Source: Octopus vulgaris (lineage: Eukaryota). Taken from it: a stretch of DNA of 64,000 nucleotides. Below are positions 49,071 through 62,710 of this stretch, in pieces. The notes beneath the pieces were generated by a model, which was given only the letters and a program-made list of their open reading frames with translations, was not told where the DNA came from and ran no database searches. Location: the NCBI GenBank assembly GCA_951406725.2, contig OX597818.1, forward strand, positions 108,996,001-109,060,000, in the 5' to 3' direction. Within the stretch, counting starts at the first letter, position 1; each line of letters opens with the position of its first letter. Both the position numbers and the translations under genes were made by a program.

Positions 49071-51554
49071 AACCATGATGTGTTACTAACAACATCCAAG
49101 TTTATATCGCATGGAAAGCACATGCAGATGAGAGTCACACATTGAGAGTCACTCTCATGGAGTGACAATCTGCGACAATGTTTATTTTCCATTAGAGTCA
49201 CATATTTTCAGGAAAACAGACTCCAGTGTGTAGAGAAGTAGAGTAATACTGCATTGAGACAAGTCTCAACATCAATGGAAAAAAAACCAACAAAATCTAC
49301 GACTTGGTTAAGTTGTCTATTAAAGTTACATGTGGAGAAAATGCAACTTTGTGATGCAGGTATCTTCTGCAAAACCAAGGAATGAAATTTGGTAGAAGAC
49401 AATTGTGTGGAAGTTTAGTGGAGGGTTAATTCTTGTCCTTGGATAGTAGACTTTGTTTATCACCTAATTTAACATCATCACCAGGTATAAGAGTGCTTTC
49501 AGTAGAGTCAGCTCTATTACAAGCATTCAAATGAGGCCTGTATTAGAGGATAACTTTCTTCTTTCCTCTCACCAGTTTCAGAGGCCCTAAAAAGTGACCA
49601 TAGGTGGTGCCCTTCTTCACCTACATGAGCCATTAAAAAACAAAGAAATCTTCCACTAATGCCATTTTCACTTAAGCCAACTAAACCACTACTACTAGAA
49701 AGAACATGTTTCCTGCTTGCTTCAAATTGCAGAACTATCACATACATACAAATACCAAAGAATATGATGTGATGTGGTGTGGTGTGATGTGCTGCGTTGT
49801 GTTGTAATGTTTACAAATAACATCAGATGTAGTATGACTTCCTGCTAAAAAGAAATATATTAAAGTAAGCCACTACAAAACCATTCTCACTGTGTATACA
49901 CCTGTTGTAAGGTTTCTACAATCAGACAGAAATAATCATTACATACACTAAAACATCTTCAAAGTGCAAAAAGTAACCTCTAGGTGACAAGGCTATACAC
50001 AGTTGGCAGGGACAAATTACCAAAATTCAAAGAATTTTTTAAATCCTAAAGGAAGGCAGTGCTTGAGTATGGCCTTGGTCATGATGGCTGAAACAAATTA
50101 AAGAAAACATCCTTTCTTTGGAAGTTACTCTTTTTTTACTGATTAGTTCAGTGAACATTTCACCCCCACCCCATTTGAGGCCTTACCTTACTCTGATAAT
50201 TACATTTATCGCTATTACCCTGTGCTGAACTTCTATAATTATGTTGTCCAACAGCAAATTCTCTAAACTCTATTCTCGCCCACCCCTCTTCCTTTACACC
50301 ACTGCTTCTTCCTTCAAAAGTTGAAAGGCAACTTTTTTTTTTATTCTTTCTTTTCTTTCTGTTTTTTTTATTTTTTAACTGAGTCTTATTAATCATGATT
50401 GTCACTATGATATGCAATGCATTTTTATGTCAGCTCACAAACTCTTCACACAAGGTTAACAGCATCATTAGACACTTTGATTTCTGTATTAAATTATCAA
50501 TATTTGACATGATACACTTTCATGAAATAATCCTAACTGAAGGAAATTAGCATTTAATTTTCGTATTCAGTCACTGTTTTCCCTTTGCCTGGTTTTGTGC
50601 CGTTTCTTCCTGTCATTGTCATCATGATTTCCTCCCCAAATGACATTTTAAAGAAAATCAGAAAATTTCTAAACAAATTTTAAATGTTGCAGTGGAACTT
50701 TTAACAAGTAAGAAGACAATCCTCAATATTTTCAAAGTTCTCTGAGGAATTGAACACTGCAAAATTAAAGAAACAGATACCATCCCCACCCACCCACCGA
50801 AACCAGAAAAACAACAAATGCAGAGCTAATAAAAAGTTGCTAAACTTTGAAGATGATAAGATTTCAAACACAGGTGACTCACAATAGCAAAAATGAGAAT
50901 CTTAGCAATTTTGACTTCTTTTCACTAATTTTAAAAGAAATTCTTCAATAATTTAATTCCCCCTTTTGTTTTTATTGATTTCTTCTTCTACTGTGAAAAA
51001 TTTAATTAACATTTTTTTTGTTGTTGTTGTTGGAACCATGAAGTAAATCTCTTAGCAACAAGGCAATGTTAAATAAATGAAAAAAAAATTAAATAAATGA
51101 AATAGAATTTTGACAAAGAAATATAAATTTCTGTAAAATAAAATAAAATAGAAATTAAAGTAAAAAATTCTTTCGTATAAGAATGCAATAAGTGTTTCTA
51201 AATGAGTACATAAATTTAAATCCTGATTAGATTATAGATATCAACACAAGGCTCCAAATATCTAAGGAAATAGTCTAGTTAATTCACTGAGACAAGTGCA
51301 TGACTGGTATAAGTTTATTGAAGCCAAAGCAGCAAAGGATGATGTCAATCCTAGTCGTATTTGAACTCAGAATGTTGAGGAATAGGAAGAAATATTCTTA
51401 GTCATTAAGACCTGCCCTCCCTGTTTTGGCCATTCCTCTCATCAACTACTCCATTGGGAGGTGGATTAATCTAATCCTATATGGACTTCGAGTAATCTGT
51501 GAATTTGATTGTTGACCAGAATCTGTTCATTCTCAGTCCTCATTACTTTTATAG

Positions 51555-51768
51555 GTTTCAAATTTTGGCACAAGGCCAGCAAGTTTGAGCAAGAAGAGTA
51601 AGTCAACTACATTGACCCCCGTGCTCAGCTGGTACTTATTTTATCGACCTCGAAAGAGATGCAAGGCAAAATTGATCTGGGCAGGATTTGAACTCAGAAT
51701 GTAAAGACAGATGAAATGCTGCAAAGCATCTTGCCCAGTGTGTTAATGATTCTGCCAGCTCACTGCCT
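51555..51768 (-). mobile_element. SINE family B, diverged
   Basis: ctggtacttattttatcgacctcgaaag...atttgaactcagaatgtaaag...tctgccagctcactgcc. Confidence 0.8.
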
Positions 51769-51829
51769 CCATCATTACCTATTTTAAAATAAGGATGTCT
51801 TTGGCAAATTTACGAGCAGCTTTGCTACA

Positions 51830-52200
51830 ATGGTAGTGAAACATGAACTGGGAATAGAGAGGACATGAACAAGCTTGAAAGAAATGAAGCCAGAAAGCTC
51901 TGCTGGTTGTGCGATGTCAATGTGCTCATACAACAAAATGCAAATGTGTTGAGAGCAAAACTGGGATTGAGGCATCAGATGAACTGCGATGATCAAGTGA
52001 TGCACATGAAAACAGCTGCATAAAGAAGTGCCAACCCCTAAATGTGGAGGGAACCTCTGGAAGAGCAAGACTGAGGAAGACATAGGATGAAGTGGCAAAA
52101 AACGATTTTCAGATGCTGAACCTCACAGAGAAGAATAGCAAGACACTGAGATGTCTGGCAATCTGCTGTTCTTGAAAAGACTTATGCAGATAAGTAAAAT
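51830..52200 (+). mobile_element. Decayed RTE LINE C-terminus related to 20511-21010
   Basis: gtggagggaacctctggaagagcaagactgaggaagacataggatgaagtgg (VEGT.GR.R.RKT*DEV) with frameshifts. Confidence 0.7.
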
Positions 52201-53149
52201 AAAGGCCATGAAGCAGTTCCTTTATGATTGTTCCCTTCTGATCTGCTCTGCACACAATCTGTTCCAGACAAACCCTACCCCCATCCTCCCAGCCTTGTTC
52301 ATCATTCACTCTATCCTCCTTTCTATCTCCCGCTCCCCCTCACAAATCTACTAACACACAATATGTCCCTGTTGAATCTCTTCCCTCACAACACAGGCTC
52401 CACCCCACCCCTCACTATCTGTGTCCACTTACTTCATTCCTCTTCTCCATCTCCCACTCACTTTTTTCCACACTCTCAGGAACTTACCCACCCACTTCAC
52501 TTATGGACACCTCACTGTAACTTTACCATCACATTTCACCATCTTCTCTCCCTCCCCCCTCTCTCTCTCTAAGTAAAGTATCCATGTATCTCCTCTGTTG
52601 TTGTTTTTTTTTTAAATTCGATTCAAACTTATACACTGAAGACAATTCATTAACAATATTAAAAATCCTTTTCAAAAGGGAAGAGGGAGAGAACTTTAGA
52701 ATTTAAATTGATTAAACATTAGACAGGGATATGCCAAAGGCATTGCATTTGATTTTTGGTTGCTACGGTTACAGCTCCTGATGGGTTTTTGTCTTAGCCC
52801 TTCTCAATGAATGTGATCTAAAACAGAATGCTAAGTGAATGATGATGAGACAATGGATAAAGCAAAACTTTTGAGAGAAACATTTAAAGAAGATTTAAAA
52901 GAAAGGTCATAATTCTAGTATTTAAAAAAAAACATATAAAGACAGATTTGTAAGTATGTGTATAATGAGAAGTTAACTGATCTCTCTCATGCACATGGAG
53001 CATGTACTAAGTATATGTGTAAACAACTTCAGCAGGCCATGAATGGAGGATGCACCAAATTTACTCATTATTCTTTCAAACATAACAGCGTTAATGTGGC
53101 AGACTGCAATCCGACAAAGGGAATAAAAATACACACCTGGTTCATGGTA

Positions 53150-53760
53150 CAAACTTCAGATGAGAGCAAGCAACTTGGATAGTGCCAGCTTCTTGCATTT
53201 GACCAGGTTGTTTGTGTTGAAGATAAAGAAAGAACCAGAAGCCGTCAGTAGGGAAATGTCATCCAACACCAAGAGAAAGATTCTCAATGCAACACTAGCA
53301 GGAAGTTCAATGAATAGGTCCAGGATGCCCGCAATGACAAGTCTACAAAGCAATGAGGATCATTGCCAAGCAGTTCAAGATGGCAGAGTCTACTATCATG
53401 ACAACATCAGGTACAAGTCCTACATCAAAAGGTATAGGCAGTTCAAGGACATGAAACACTCAGGAACATGTACAATTCCCTATGCTCTCTCCCATGTAGC
53501 ACTCAGACGGATGGATGGTTGAAAATTTTCAACCATGTGATGCACCTTCACATGTAGCTTCCCAAGCCCAGATTTAGAATGTCTGAAGAGAAATACTTTT
53601 GATGACACTTTCAAGATGGAAACCATCTCACAAGATCAAAGTCTCATTGAAGGTTGCCATTGTGGATGTAATGATCAACATGGACAAGAACCAACTGACC
53701 CTGGACTTCAGTTGCACCTGTGGCTGTGCTAAGACCACCACTGAGACTGAGGATGGTTTC
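53150..53760 (+). mobile_element. Highly decayed LINE (RTE-like) C-terminal fragment
   Basis: ORF 53160-53522 has weak resemblance (AS..f..L..R.f; K.K...A; W..rv) to RTE C-termini. No splice signals or host homology recognised. Confidence 0.35.
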
Positions 53761-54053
53761 ATTCAATGATGCTTTCTTTGACATATCAAGTGCAAATGTG
53801 CTGCATTTTCCTGGAAATATATTACTTTATATTTTCTACTTAATATCTTTGGTTTTTCCATACATTTGATTTTGTTCTTAATTACTTGGCACATCGTGTG
53901 TGTGTGTGTGTGTCATGCATGCGCATGCACTAATAAGAGCATCTAGGCAAAATTAAAATATATGAAAGAGTCAGTCCTCCAACTCATTTTAGAAGGAAGT
54001 AACACTAAACAGGAACTGAATCAGACTGAAAAATCTATCCAGCCCATATATAT

Positions 54054-54460
54054 ATCATCATCATCGTTTAACATCCGTTTTCCATGCTAGCATAGGTTGG
54101 ATGGTTCGACCAGGGTCTGGGAAGCCAGGAGACTGCACCAGGCTCCAGTCTGATCTGGCAGGGTTTCTACAGCTAGATGCCCTTCCTAACACCAACCACT
54201 CAGTGAGTGTAGTGGATGCTCTTTATGTGCCAGGGGAGGCTGGCAAATGGCCACGATCGGCTGGTGCTTTTTACGTGCCACCGGCACAGGTAACACAACT
54301 ATAATTTCCATTTGATTTTCTGATGTTGATGCACTTAACTCAATAGGTTTCCTCAAGCACAGCAGGTCGCCCTACGATCCAAGGTAAGCACAGCAGGCCG
54401 TCCTGCGAGCCAAGGCACTTTGGAAGGGTTGGGGCTTCTATGTGAAGCTGGTGCAGGAAA
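54054..54460 (-). mobile_element. RTE 3' UTR fragment (second short tail at 54520-54562)
   Basis: tcatcatcatcgtttaacatccgttttccatgctagca...gatgcccttcctaacaccaaccac. Confidence 0.8.
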
Positions 54461-54461
54461 C

Positions 54462-54499
<38 letters not shown>

Positions 54500-55974
54500 C
54501 ATATGTATATACATACATACATCATCATCGTTTAACGTCCGTTCTCCATGCTAGCATGGGTTTATATATATTTCCCTTCTCACTATCAGTGATGTGTGTG
54601 TGTGTAAGAGTTGTTTAGACTGCTTCATCAGCAGAATGTAAATGAAAAGAGAAGCATGATAGAGAAAAGGTTTACATTTACAAGTGAAATTACCATGCAA
54701 AACCTTTAGCCTGATACTATATCTCCTCCTTTTCTCTATTTCTCTTTTATTATTGTCTGTATGTCAACATACACACACAACAAAAGACACATGCATACAC
54801 ACACAGAAATATGTGCAACATGCACAAATATTTGTTTTTATACAAATAAAAAAAATCAATTTGTAGATAACACAAGTTTTAAAATATGCAATTTATTTTG
54901 AAGGCAAGACATTTTCCATGATGAACGGAGAGTGCATCTCTGACTATCTTTTATAATGCTTCTCTCTTTCTTGCAGATGGAGAGATCTTTACAAGCAGGT
55001 TATTTTAAACTCTTACTATACATTGTACTTCTATGCATAAATAGACACAAGATGGACTTGGCCATTAATCATTTCTTGTATATTTCGCTACACATGACAA
55101 CATTGAGTAAATACCTTTGTCCGATACACAGGAAAATCATAGCCAAGGGCTGGATATCATTTCAATAGAACAATAAATGTATCGGAGAAATATGGGTTTG
55201 GCAATTGATTTCAAGTAACGTATCTCTCAGCAAACTACTGCTTCGAGTGGTTTAAAGGCAATGAAAGAATGGAAAAGTCATAAAATGCAGCCTCAAAGAT
55301 AATGGACAACAGAGCAAACTTTAAGAAATCTGTAAATTTCATGGCGAAAAGAATTTCAGAAATAATATTGCTGTTGACAAATTAAATTCAATCTTTTTTG
55401 TCACATTTAAAAAACAACAGAATGAAATAGTTGAGAGTATTGTGACAGCTAAAAAATAAACCGTGAAGCTTGAATAGACATTTGATGGCCTCTGTGATGG
55501 CCTGTTATGAAAGGAATTATGAAAAGTTATTTACAAGGACTAAAAGTTGATATGTAGAAACCAAAAACAAAATGTCTAAAAGCAGTCACTGTAAAATTCC
55601 CAGCATGCTATGGAGAAAACATACGAGAAGAGTGAAAGTGAAAGAAACATTTAGTCCTTTGAAAAAAAAATATTTTGCTCTATCAAAGATAATTTGAGAT
55701 AAGAATGAATGATGACAACTGAATATTTATATATTCAAAGAAAAACGATGAAAAGTATATATCAGGTAAAGCATGAAACAACATCTGCAAAAGGAGAAAA
55801 TTCAGGAGTAATGAAGGTTGAAACAAGAAATAAAGAATATAGGACAATCATGAGAAAAGCTATTTGATAGAACCAGTAACACAAAGCTAACAGGAAATTA
55901 TTATTATTATCATTATTATCACTATTAGCAGCAGCAGCAGTAGTAGTAGTAGTAGTATGATTCATCATGTTTGT

Positions 55975-56303
55975 TTGATTCGAGGATTAGAAAGAGGATG
56001 AAAAAATAAAAATACAATCTCTTAAAATTTGAAATTGCAAAAATTTTGAGTTTGGAAACTGTAAAGGTTGTGCCTATAAAAATTGGTGCATTTGGGAACT
56101 GTAAGTAAAGATATTACACAAATGGTTGAAAGAGATTGGAATACACTCTACAAAAAGTTTGCCTCTTAGGTACAGGAAAGATTATCAAGAGGGTTCTAAG
56201 CACTTGAAAGACTACTGAAAGCTTGTGGATACCAAAACTTACAGGTAGTAACCTACTACCCACATAAATTCTACCAGGGATAAGAACAAAACTGAATCAA
56301 ATC
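55975..56303 (+). mobile_element. R4/Dong-clade LINE 3' fragment ending in (TAA)n
   Basis: KFEIAKILSLETVKVVPIKIGAFG...QKVCLLGTGKIIKRVLST* remnants. (TAA)n at 56304-56330. Confidence 0.7.
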
Positions 56304-56330
56304 AATAATAATAATAATAATAATAATAAT

Positions 56331-56885
56331 GAATGCCCCGATGCAGTACCAGGAAGTGGCTCTCATGGCTTCTGATCTTAACTGATTGGAAGCGTTATCA
56401 TGTACATTGTTTTGTCTTGGTATAAAAGATGGGCTATGGTAAATATTCTGCTCAATACCACAGATTTGTTTGTCAGTTGTTTGACCTTAACTAGTTGAGC
56501 ATGTCTCTTAGTGGCTGACGATATGTGCATCTGTGATTACGAGCAGAAGTAGTGGGGGAGCATCATAGTCATGCGTTGAGAGGAATTCTTTGAGGTTTGA
56601 ATAATTCACCTTTAGAAACATGGGTGTTTTGTTCATCATCCTTAAACCTTATTCAGGGATCTTTTGAGGATGATGGACTACTCAACCTGAAGAAAATTGT
56701 AACTAGGCCCTACCTGCAAGGTCATGTACTATTTATCCTGATATAAGATCACCATGTTGCATACATGTGGTTGTGATGCATGTGCCTAGTGTACCTTTAT
56801 CAGATGGGTAGTCATAATGGGTAAATTGGGTTTCATATAATTGTACCCCAGTGCCACTTTGATGGCATGCACTGCTCTCTCACTC
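56331..56885 (+). mobile_element. Non-coding ~555-bp element bounded by (TAA)n on both sides
   Basis: Sharp boundaries against TAA arrays (56304-56330 and 56886-56990). No long ORF. Orientation inferred from neighbours. Confidence 0.5.
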
Positions 56886-56889
56886 AATG

Positions 56890-56956
<67 letters not shown>

Positions 56957-56990
56957 TAATAATAATAATAATAATAAGGATAATAATAAA

Positions 56991-57966
56991 CATTCAGACT
57001 GACAGAGTAACAGAAGCTAGAAGGTCTGATTTGGTGGTAGTAGATAAAGAGAAGAGAAAGTGCTAGATGATTGACTTTACACTCTCAGATGATGAAAAGT
57101 TAATAAGAGAAGTATAGAAAGGATAGTAAAGTATCAGGACCTAGCTATTGAATTGCAGAGACTATGGAAAGTGCAGACTATGAAAGCAGAATTGGAAGAT
57201 TATAATGGGCAGAGAGAGACCTTGTGAGACCTCTCACAACAGGCTGCTGTCTGCTCTCACAGAATCAACCAGAGCAAACAAGACCGAGCACTCTGAGAAG
57301 GAAGACAATAACGATGATGCTGACAAAGCACCATACTGACATATTGGAGGGTCAACCTTAGGAATGAGCAAGTGTTTCCACTGCAGTATCTGTAAGAGTT
57401 GACAAAAACCATTGCCCATATCATGAACAAATGCCCTAGACACAATAAGTAAGCAAAAGTGCTACATTGGAAACTACGTGAAACGTGGGGTTGAGGACAA
57501 GGCGAGACATAGTATGAGCACAAACTGCAGAGAGAAGCAGAGTTGGAGACCTGCAAAATCCTGTGGGACTTCCCAACCCAAACAGACCAGGCGCTTGAGC
57601 ATACAAGCCTGAGCTAGAGATGATGAACAAGGTGAATCATATGTGCTCCATAACTGATGTTGCTTGCCTCTTTGATCAAGAAGGAAGGCAAAAAGAACAG
57701 TAAAATCCTCTCAAGTACAAGATAGCCCAGCTATGGAAAATGAAGAAGGGGAAGATAGTACCAGTTATTGTTGGGTCCTTGGGGACAGTATCAGAAGGCA
57801 TCAAGAGGAATATAAAGGAAATCAGTAGGGCTCTTTCAAAAGGTTTGCCTCTTTGGCATGGTCAGAATCCTAAGGAAAGTTATCAGTTGAAAAGAGTAGA
57901 AAGCGTGGTGCTGCAGGTTGCAAGCTGTTACGCATGCAAAACTCCAAGAGTTCTAACAAAACTTTA
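56991..57966 (+). mobile_element. Two further R4/Dong-clade fragments (RLE piece 56991-57190; CCHC plus RLE piece about 57230-57966)
   Basis: IQTDRVTEARRSDLVVVDKEKRKC*MIDF..KYQDLAIELQRLWKV; CSIC..RHNK.AKVLHWKL..KILWDFPTQTD..IVPVIVGSLG..QKVCLFGMVRILRKV. Confidence 0.78.
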
Positions 57967-57989
57967 ATTAAAAGAATGACGGTGATGAT

Positions 57990-58190
57990 TTTAGCATGAG
58001 GCCAGGAATTTGTGGGGAGGGAATAAGTCAGTTACAATGACCCCAGTCCACAACTGGTACTTATTTTATCAACCCTGAAAGGATGAAAGGTAAAGTAAAC
58101 CTTAGTGGAATTTGAATTCAAAACATAAAGTTGGGAGAAATGTTAGGAACAATTTTGTTCAGCATGCAAACAATTTTGCCAGCTCATTGC
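57990..58190 (-). mobile_element. SINE family B, diverged
   Basis: aactggtacttattttatcaaccctgaaaggatgaaaggtaaagt. Confidence 0.75.
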
Positions 58191-58950
58191 AATAATAATA
58201 ATAATAATAATAATAATAGTAGTAATAACAACAACAACAACAACTGGAGATTTTTTAAGACAAATCCCCATGCTGCACTTGGCAGATGAGCTAATGACAA
58301 ATAAATAACATAAATGTGTTTTCAATTTCAATTTTCAAAATGCCAATATTTTGACCCAGCAATTAATTATTAATTAATTTTAATGAAACACAGAGTACAT
58401 GGTTCATGACTCATGAAAAACCTGGCTGCATGTATCTAATACATACTTGCATAAAAATACTTTGCTCTGTTTGCCAAATAATAAAACTGGCATCAAATGA
58501 ATAGCTACAGTTTTTTGCCAACAAATTAGCAAAGCCAAGAGAGAATTTTCAGCTTCAACAATCTCAGAACACCATAAGTTAAGCAAGCTTTTTACAGTGA
58601 AGGGGCCTGTTATATCCTTTATCTCATTTGCCTGCAGGCATTATCATCATAGACATATTGCAGTATCTTCTGTTGGAACAACATAAAACAAAAGAAAAGT
58701 GTGTGTGTGTGGGGGGGGGGGGACTGATACAAATGCAATTCAGAGTTGTCATAGTAATGTGATCAGCTTCACTTGTGGCACTGTGCAATATTATTTATGC
58801 CAAATAGATGGAAACAATACCATATAGGACACAACCAAATTTACTGACCTCACTTTCTTTGTTTAATTTTCATTTGGGGAAGATTGAGTGGTGGGGAGAT
58901 CAAACTGTTAAATTTATAAAAATATTATGCATTCAAATAATATATATATA

Positions 58951-60312
58951 CCAGAGTAAGCATATGTGAAACAAGGTGGGGGAAAATTAAAAATTTATAA
59001 TTAAAAAATTTGGAATTAAAATTAAACTAAACTTATATTAGACTAAAACAAAGTTAAAAATTAACAAAAAATTTAGTGTTACCAGAATTCTATTACTTTA
59101 TATCAATACGTGAATAATAATTTTAGGACTGATAAGTAGAAATATGTATTGTAACATTGCAAATTGAAATTTTAACCATTAAGATAAATATTTGGTGTTT
59201 CAAAAAAATTCTACTAATTATAAATATGACGTAAATTATTAATACAGGGAAAAAATAAACAGAAATATGTATTTTAACGATAAAATAGTATTTACTGGGA
59301 AGTATTTCTAAATTTACATTTATGTAAAACTAAAATGTTATGTAAAATCCATAGAATAAGCTTAATGTTTGCTAATTGTTATATATTCACTGATCTATTT
59401 GGCTATTTTATAAACCTCTTAGTTAAAACATATTCTAGTTATATATGTAACCTACATAATCTACAGCTAATATATACTCATTATACTATTATTAATTATG
59501 ACTATATAATTAGTCATCTAAATTAGGGTTTATATGTATTCAAAATTAGCTAAACTTATTATATAAGTAATTCTATGTCAACATTTCATTTTTCTCTCAA
59601 CCTGGGAATTAATCAATTTAGTATTAGATTGTAATATTTCCATAAATTTGTTTGTACACAGTAAACAAAACTTATTACCTATTCTATATGATTTAGTTTT
59701 ACAAACTATCTCCCAATTTAAGTTGTACTTAATTGTTTTAACTTGCCAGATTTTATCTTTATTATTAACATTATTTTGATTTATATTTATTACATTATCA
59801 CATTTATTATTATTTTAACCAGGTCAGAATTATACTTATCTTTTAGTCTATTATTATCTTTATTTTTATTTTTTGTATTCGCATAATACCAATTTTTAAA
59901 CCTTTTACTTAAACATGAATTATCATAATTCTTGATATTAGTTTGATTATTATAACAAATATTATAGGAATATTTTAAGTAGTTATCTTCTTTATTATGA
60001 TAAATATATCTACGATTATTAAAGAATTTGATACTATCATTATTTCCCACCTTACTTAATGCTTCATTATAATATGGTGCGTGCGTTAGGAAACTCTCGA
60101 AATTAGATGAAAGCATCGATATTCTTTTCCCTGTATTTTCTATCAACAATTCCTTCATTGAAGATGGGTGATTACTATAAGCATTTAAAGATCTAAGGTT
60201 TTTGTTAATTTTATGGAATGGTTGGGTTATACCTGTTATTAAATTAAAATTAGCATCTAATTAATTAACATTATAGTTCTCATTTTATATAGTAATACCT
60301 AATCCATATCTT
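58951..60312 (-). mobile_element. Penelope-like retroelement fragment (RT C-terminus/thumb, internal deletion, GIY-YIG C-terminal part, AT-rich 3' region)
   Basis: RYGLGITI*NENYNVN*LDANFNLITGITQPFHK..NAYSNHPSSMKELLIENTGKRISMLSSN...APYYNEAL, and IWQVK..YNLNWEIVCKTKSYRIGNKFCLLC..K.EI...LIN.....KC*H (about 59570-59760). Confidence 0.8.
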
Positions 60313-60624
60313 TAAAAAAAAACTATATTGTTTCTTTTTATATATTTCTAGTGTTCTGTTGGTGCAATTCTTTGTTATTAGTAACAGGTCATCCCCATCC
60401 TGCAATGTCGTTCTAAAAATAAACCATCACATCTTCAAAATCTGTAATACATGATTGATTTTAAAAAATGTGAATAAATACACATTACATTTCACAGAGT
60501 AATCTGAATGTTAAAGGGTTAAATCACACATTACCATCTTAAAAGAGGAAGGAACATTAGATAATGTAGTCCTAAATATCCCTAAGCAGATGAAATGACC
60601 ATGGTCAGAGTGCCTTTGATAATA

Positions 60625-61032
60625 CAGGGTGTTCAAATAGTTTCTCCGCAGTATTTTATTGCAAAATAAATATTTATAAGATGGTACAAGACTACAAAAG
60701 AATATATTGGACTTTACAAAACTTTAAAAAATTTTATAAGAGGTGTTGAAAGTGGTGAATTTCATTTTCAATACATGAGGTGACTCTTCTACATGTTTTG
60801 AAACACATCTTGGAGAGTGTGATGCGGTACGGACCATGTGAAAGTCATGATTGCATATTTTAGCTCATTAATGGTTTTTCGCTGATTCTTGTACACTGAT
60901 CCTTTACTTGCTCCCCAGAAAAGAAAAAAAAAGTTTGATGGTGTTAAATCAAGTGATCTTGGTCGCCAAAGTCCCTTCGAAATAATTCATTCACCAAAAA
61001 ATTCACTGTGGAGAGACTTTTTGAACACCCTG
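60625..61032 (-). mobile_element. Internally deleted Tc1/mariner (408 bp) retaining both TIRs and the transposase 3' end
   Basis: TA|cagggtgttcaaatagtttctccgcagt ... actgtggagagactttttgaacaccctg|TA. Minus strand reads FFGE*IISKGLWRPRSLDLTPSNFF..WG..KGSVYKN..KTINELK. Confidence 0.88.
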
Positions 61033-61260
61033 TAGGCCTGCCAGATTAAGACTGTCCTTGACCTAAACACCGCTAACAACATGCAAAGTACAGCACTGTT
61101 CAGTATAGCCAAAACTACTTTGGTTCAGAATATAAAGGTTTCAAAGTACACTAACAGAAATGAATATCAGTATAAAAGGAAGTCTAAGAATGGCAAGCCT
61201 GAAACAGCCTTAAAGATCCTTACATGTTGGACCTTGCAAAGAACTGATAATGTAACTTAC

Positions 61261-61715
61261 ATCATCATCATTTAATGTCCGTTCTCCTTGCTAGCATGGG
61301 TTGGATGGTTTGACTGAGGACTGGCAAGCCAGGAGGCTGCACCAGGTTCCAATCTGATCTGGCAAGGTTTCTACAGCTAGATGTCCTTCCTAATGCCAAC
61401 CACTCTGAGAGTGTAGTCGGTGCTTTTATGTGCCACTGGCACAGGAGCCAATCTGGGTGAGGGGGCTGGCATCGACCATGTTTGGATGGTACTTTTTACA
61501 TGCCACTGGCACAGGGAGCCAATCAGGCAGCACTGGCAACGACCCATGCATGAATGGTGCTTATTGCGTGGCACCAGGGAGCCAGTCAGGCAGCACTGAC
61601 ATCAACCACAACAACAATTTCGATTTGATTGTGGTTTAACTTGATTTTGATGTACTTGACTCAATAGGTCTCCTCAAGCACAGCATGTTGCTCAATGATC
61701 CAAAGGTACTTTTAC
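61261..61715 (-). mobile_element. RTE 3' UTR fragment with three tandem units
   Basis: atcatcatcatttaatgtccgttctcc...ttttatgtgccactggcacaggagcca repeats. Confidence 0.8.
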
Positions 61716-62710
61716 AATGAGCGAAAAAATTTATGAACAGGAAAGGAATGCTGAAAACCAATGCAATAAAACTGAAAAACTGCAGAAAAGAAATTTGTTT
61801 CAAATGACAACATCCACCATAGTAGCCATATTATAACGTTAGGAAAATTACACATTTGGTATAAGCAGTGATTTCAGCAACAGTGTTTATGTATGCATGT
61901 GTGCACTTGTACATGTATGTGCACACACACACACATGCTCACAGAATACTAAACACAGTGGTTATCAATAGTTAAATATGCTCAAATTAAGAGGCAGGGT
62001 GCGAGGGGGAGGGAGAGAGAAAGGGAAGGAGATTGAGACTGTATGGCCCCAAATTTTGAATCAATAAAAAGTAGCAAATACACAAAAAAGAATATTCAAG
62101 TGGGACATGATAAATGTAATGTGATATGGTATTTGTATTGGTGATATATTTGAGCAGTCAATTATAGATATAGATGATATATTTGACTACATAATGATTA
62201 CAGCAATAAATCAACCAGTTGAACATTGTGTCAGAATCTCACATCTATACATTCAGGTTCCACTTGTGCTCCACTCCAAATATTTATTTTTATATTTTGT
62301 TTGTCCTCATCAAAACATTAGTATGAACACTGTTAATTCCTAGAGAAATACTGTATTTAGACCATAACCCCAAAATAATAATCAAGCACCAAACACTTAT
62401 CGGAAGGTTACAATGAGAACTAGGTATATTTTTGTTTTTACACATTAACTCAAGACCCTCATTCTATTCTTGTTTTCCTCAATCTGTTCCTCCCTGCTTT
62501 CAACATGGATCTCAGCACTTTCAAATATCCCCCTCTCTAGACACCTATCTTACCCCTTCATTTCTAACAGTACTCTCATAACACACCCCAAGATAGATTG
62601 TAATGACCAACCACTTTGACTGCCCCACCACCACCACCACCAATACCAATATTATCTATTGTAACACCTGTAAACTCTACAAGTTTTTATACTTAGGTGA
62701 GACAAGCCAT

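Noticed and set aside
49130-49750. Possible large MASTL middle-region exon
   Set aside because: Minus-strand frames are interrupted by stops. No continuous ORF with a phase-0 donor.
58980-60310. Possible mitochondrial insertion (NUMT) because of extreme AT content
   Set aside because: Translations give Penelope-like RT and GIY-YIG motifs. No mitochondrial gene or tRNA recognised.
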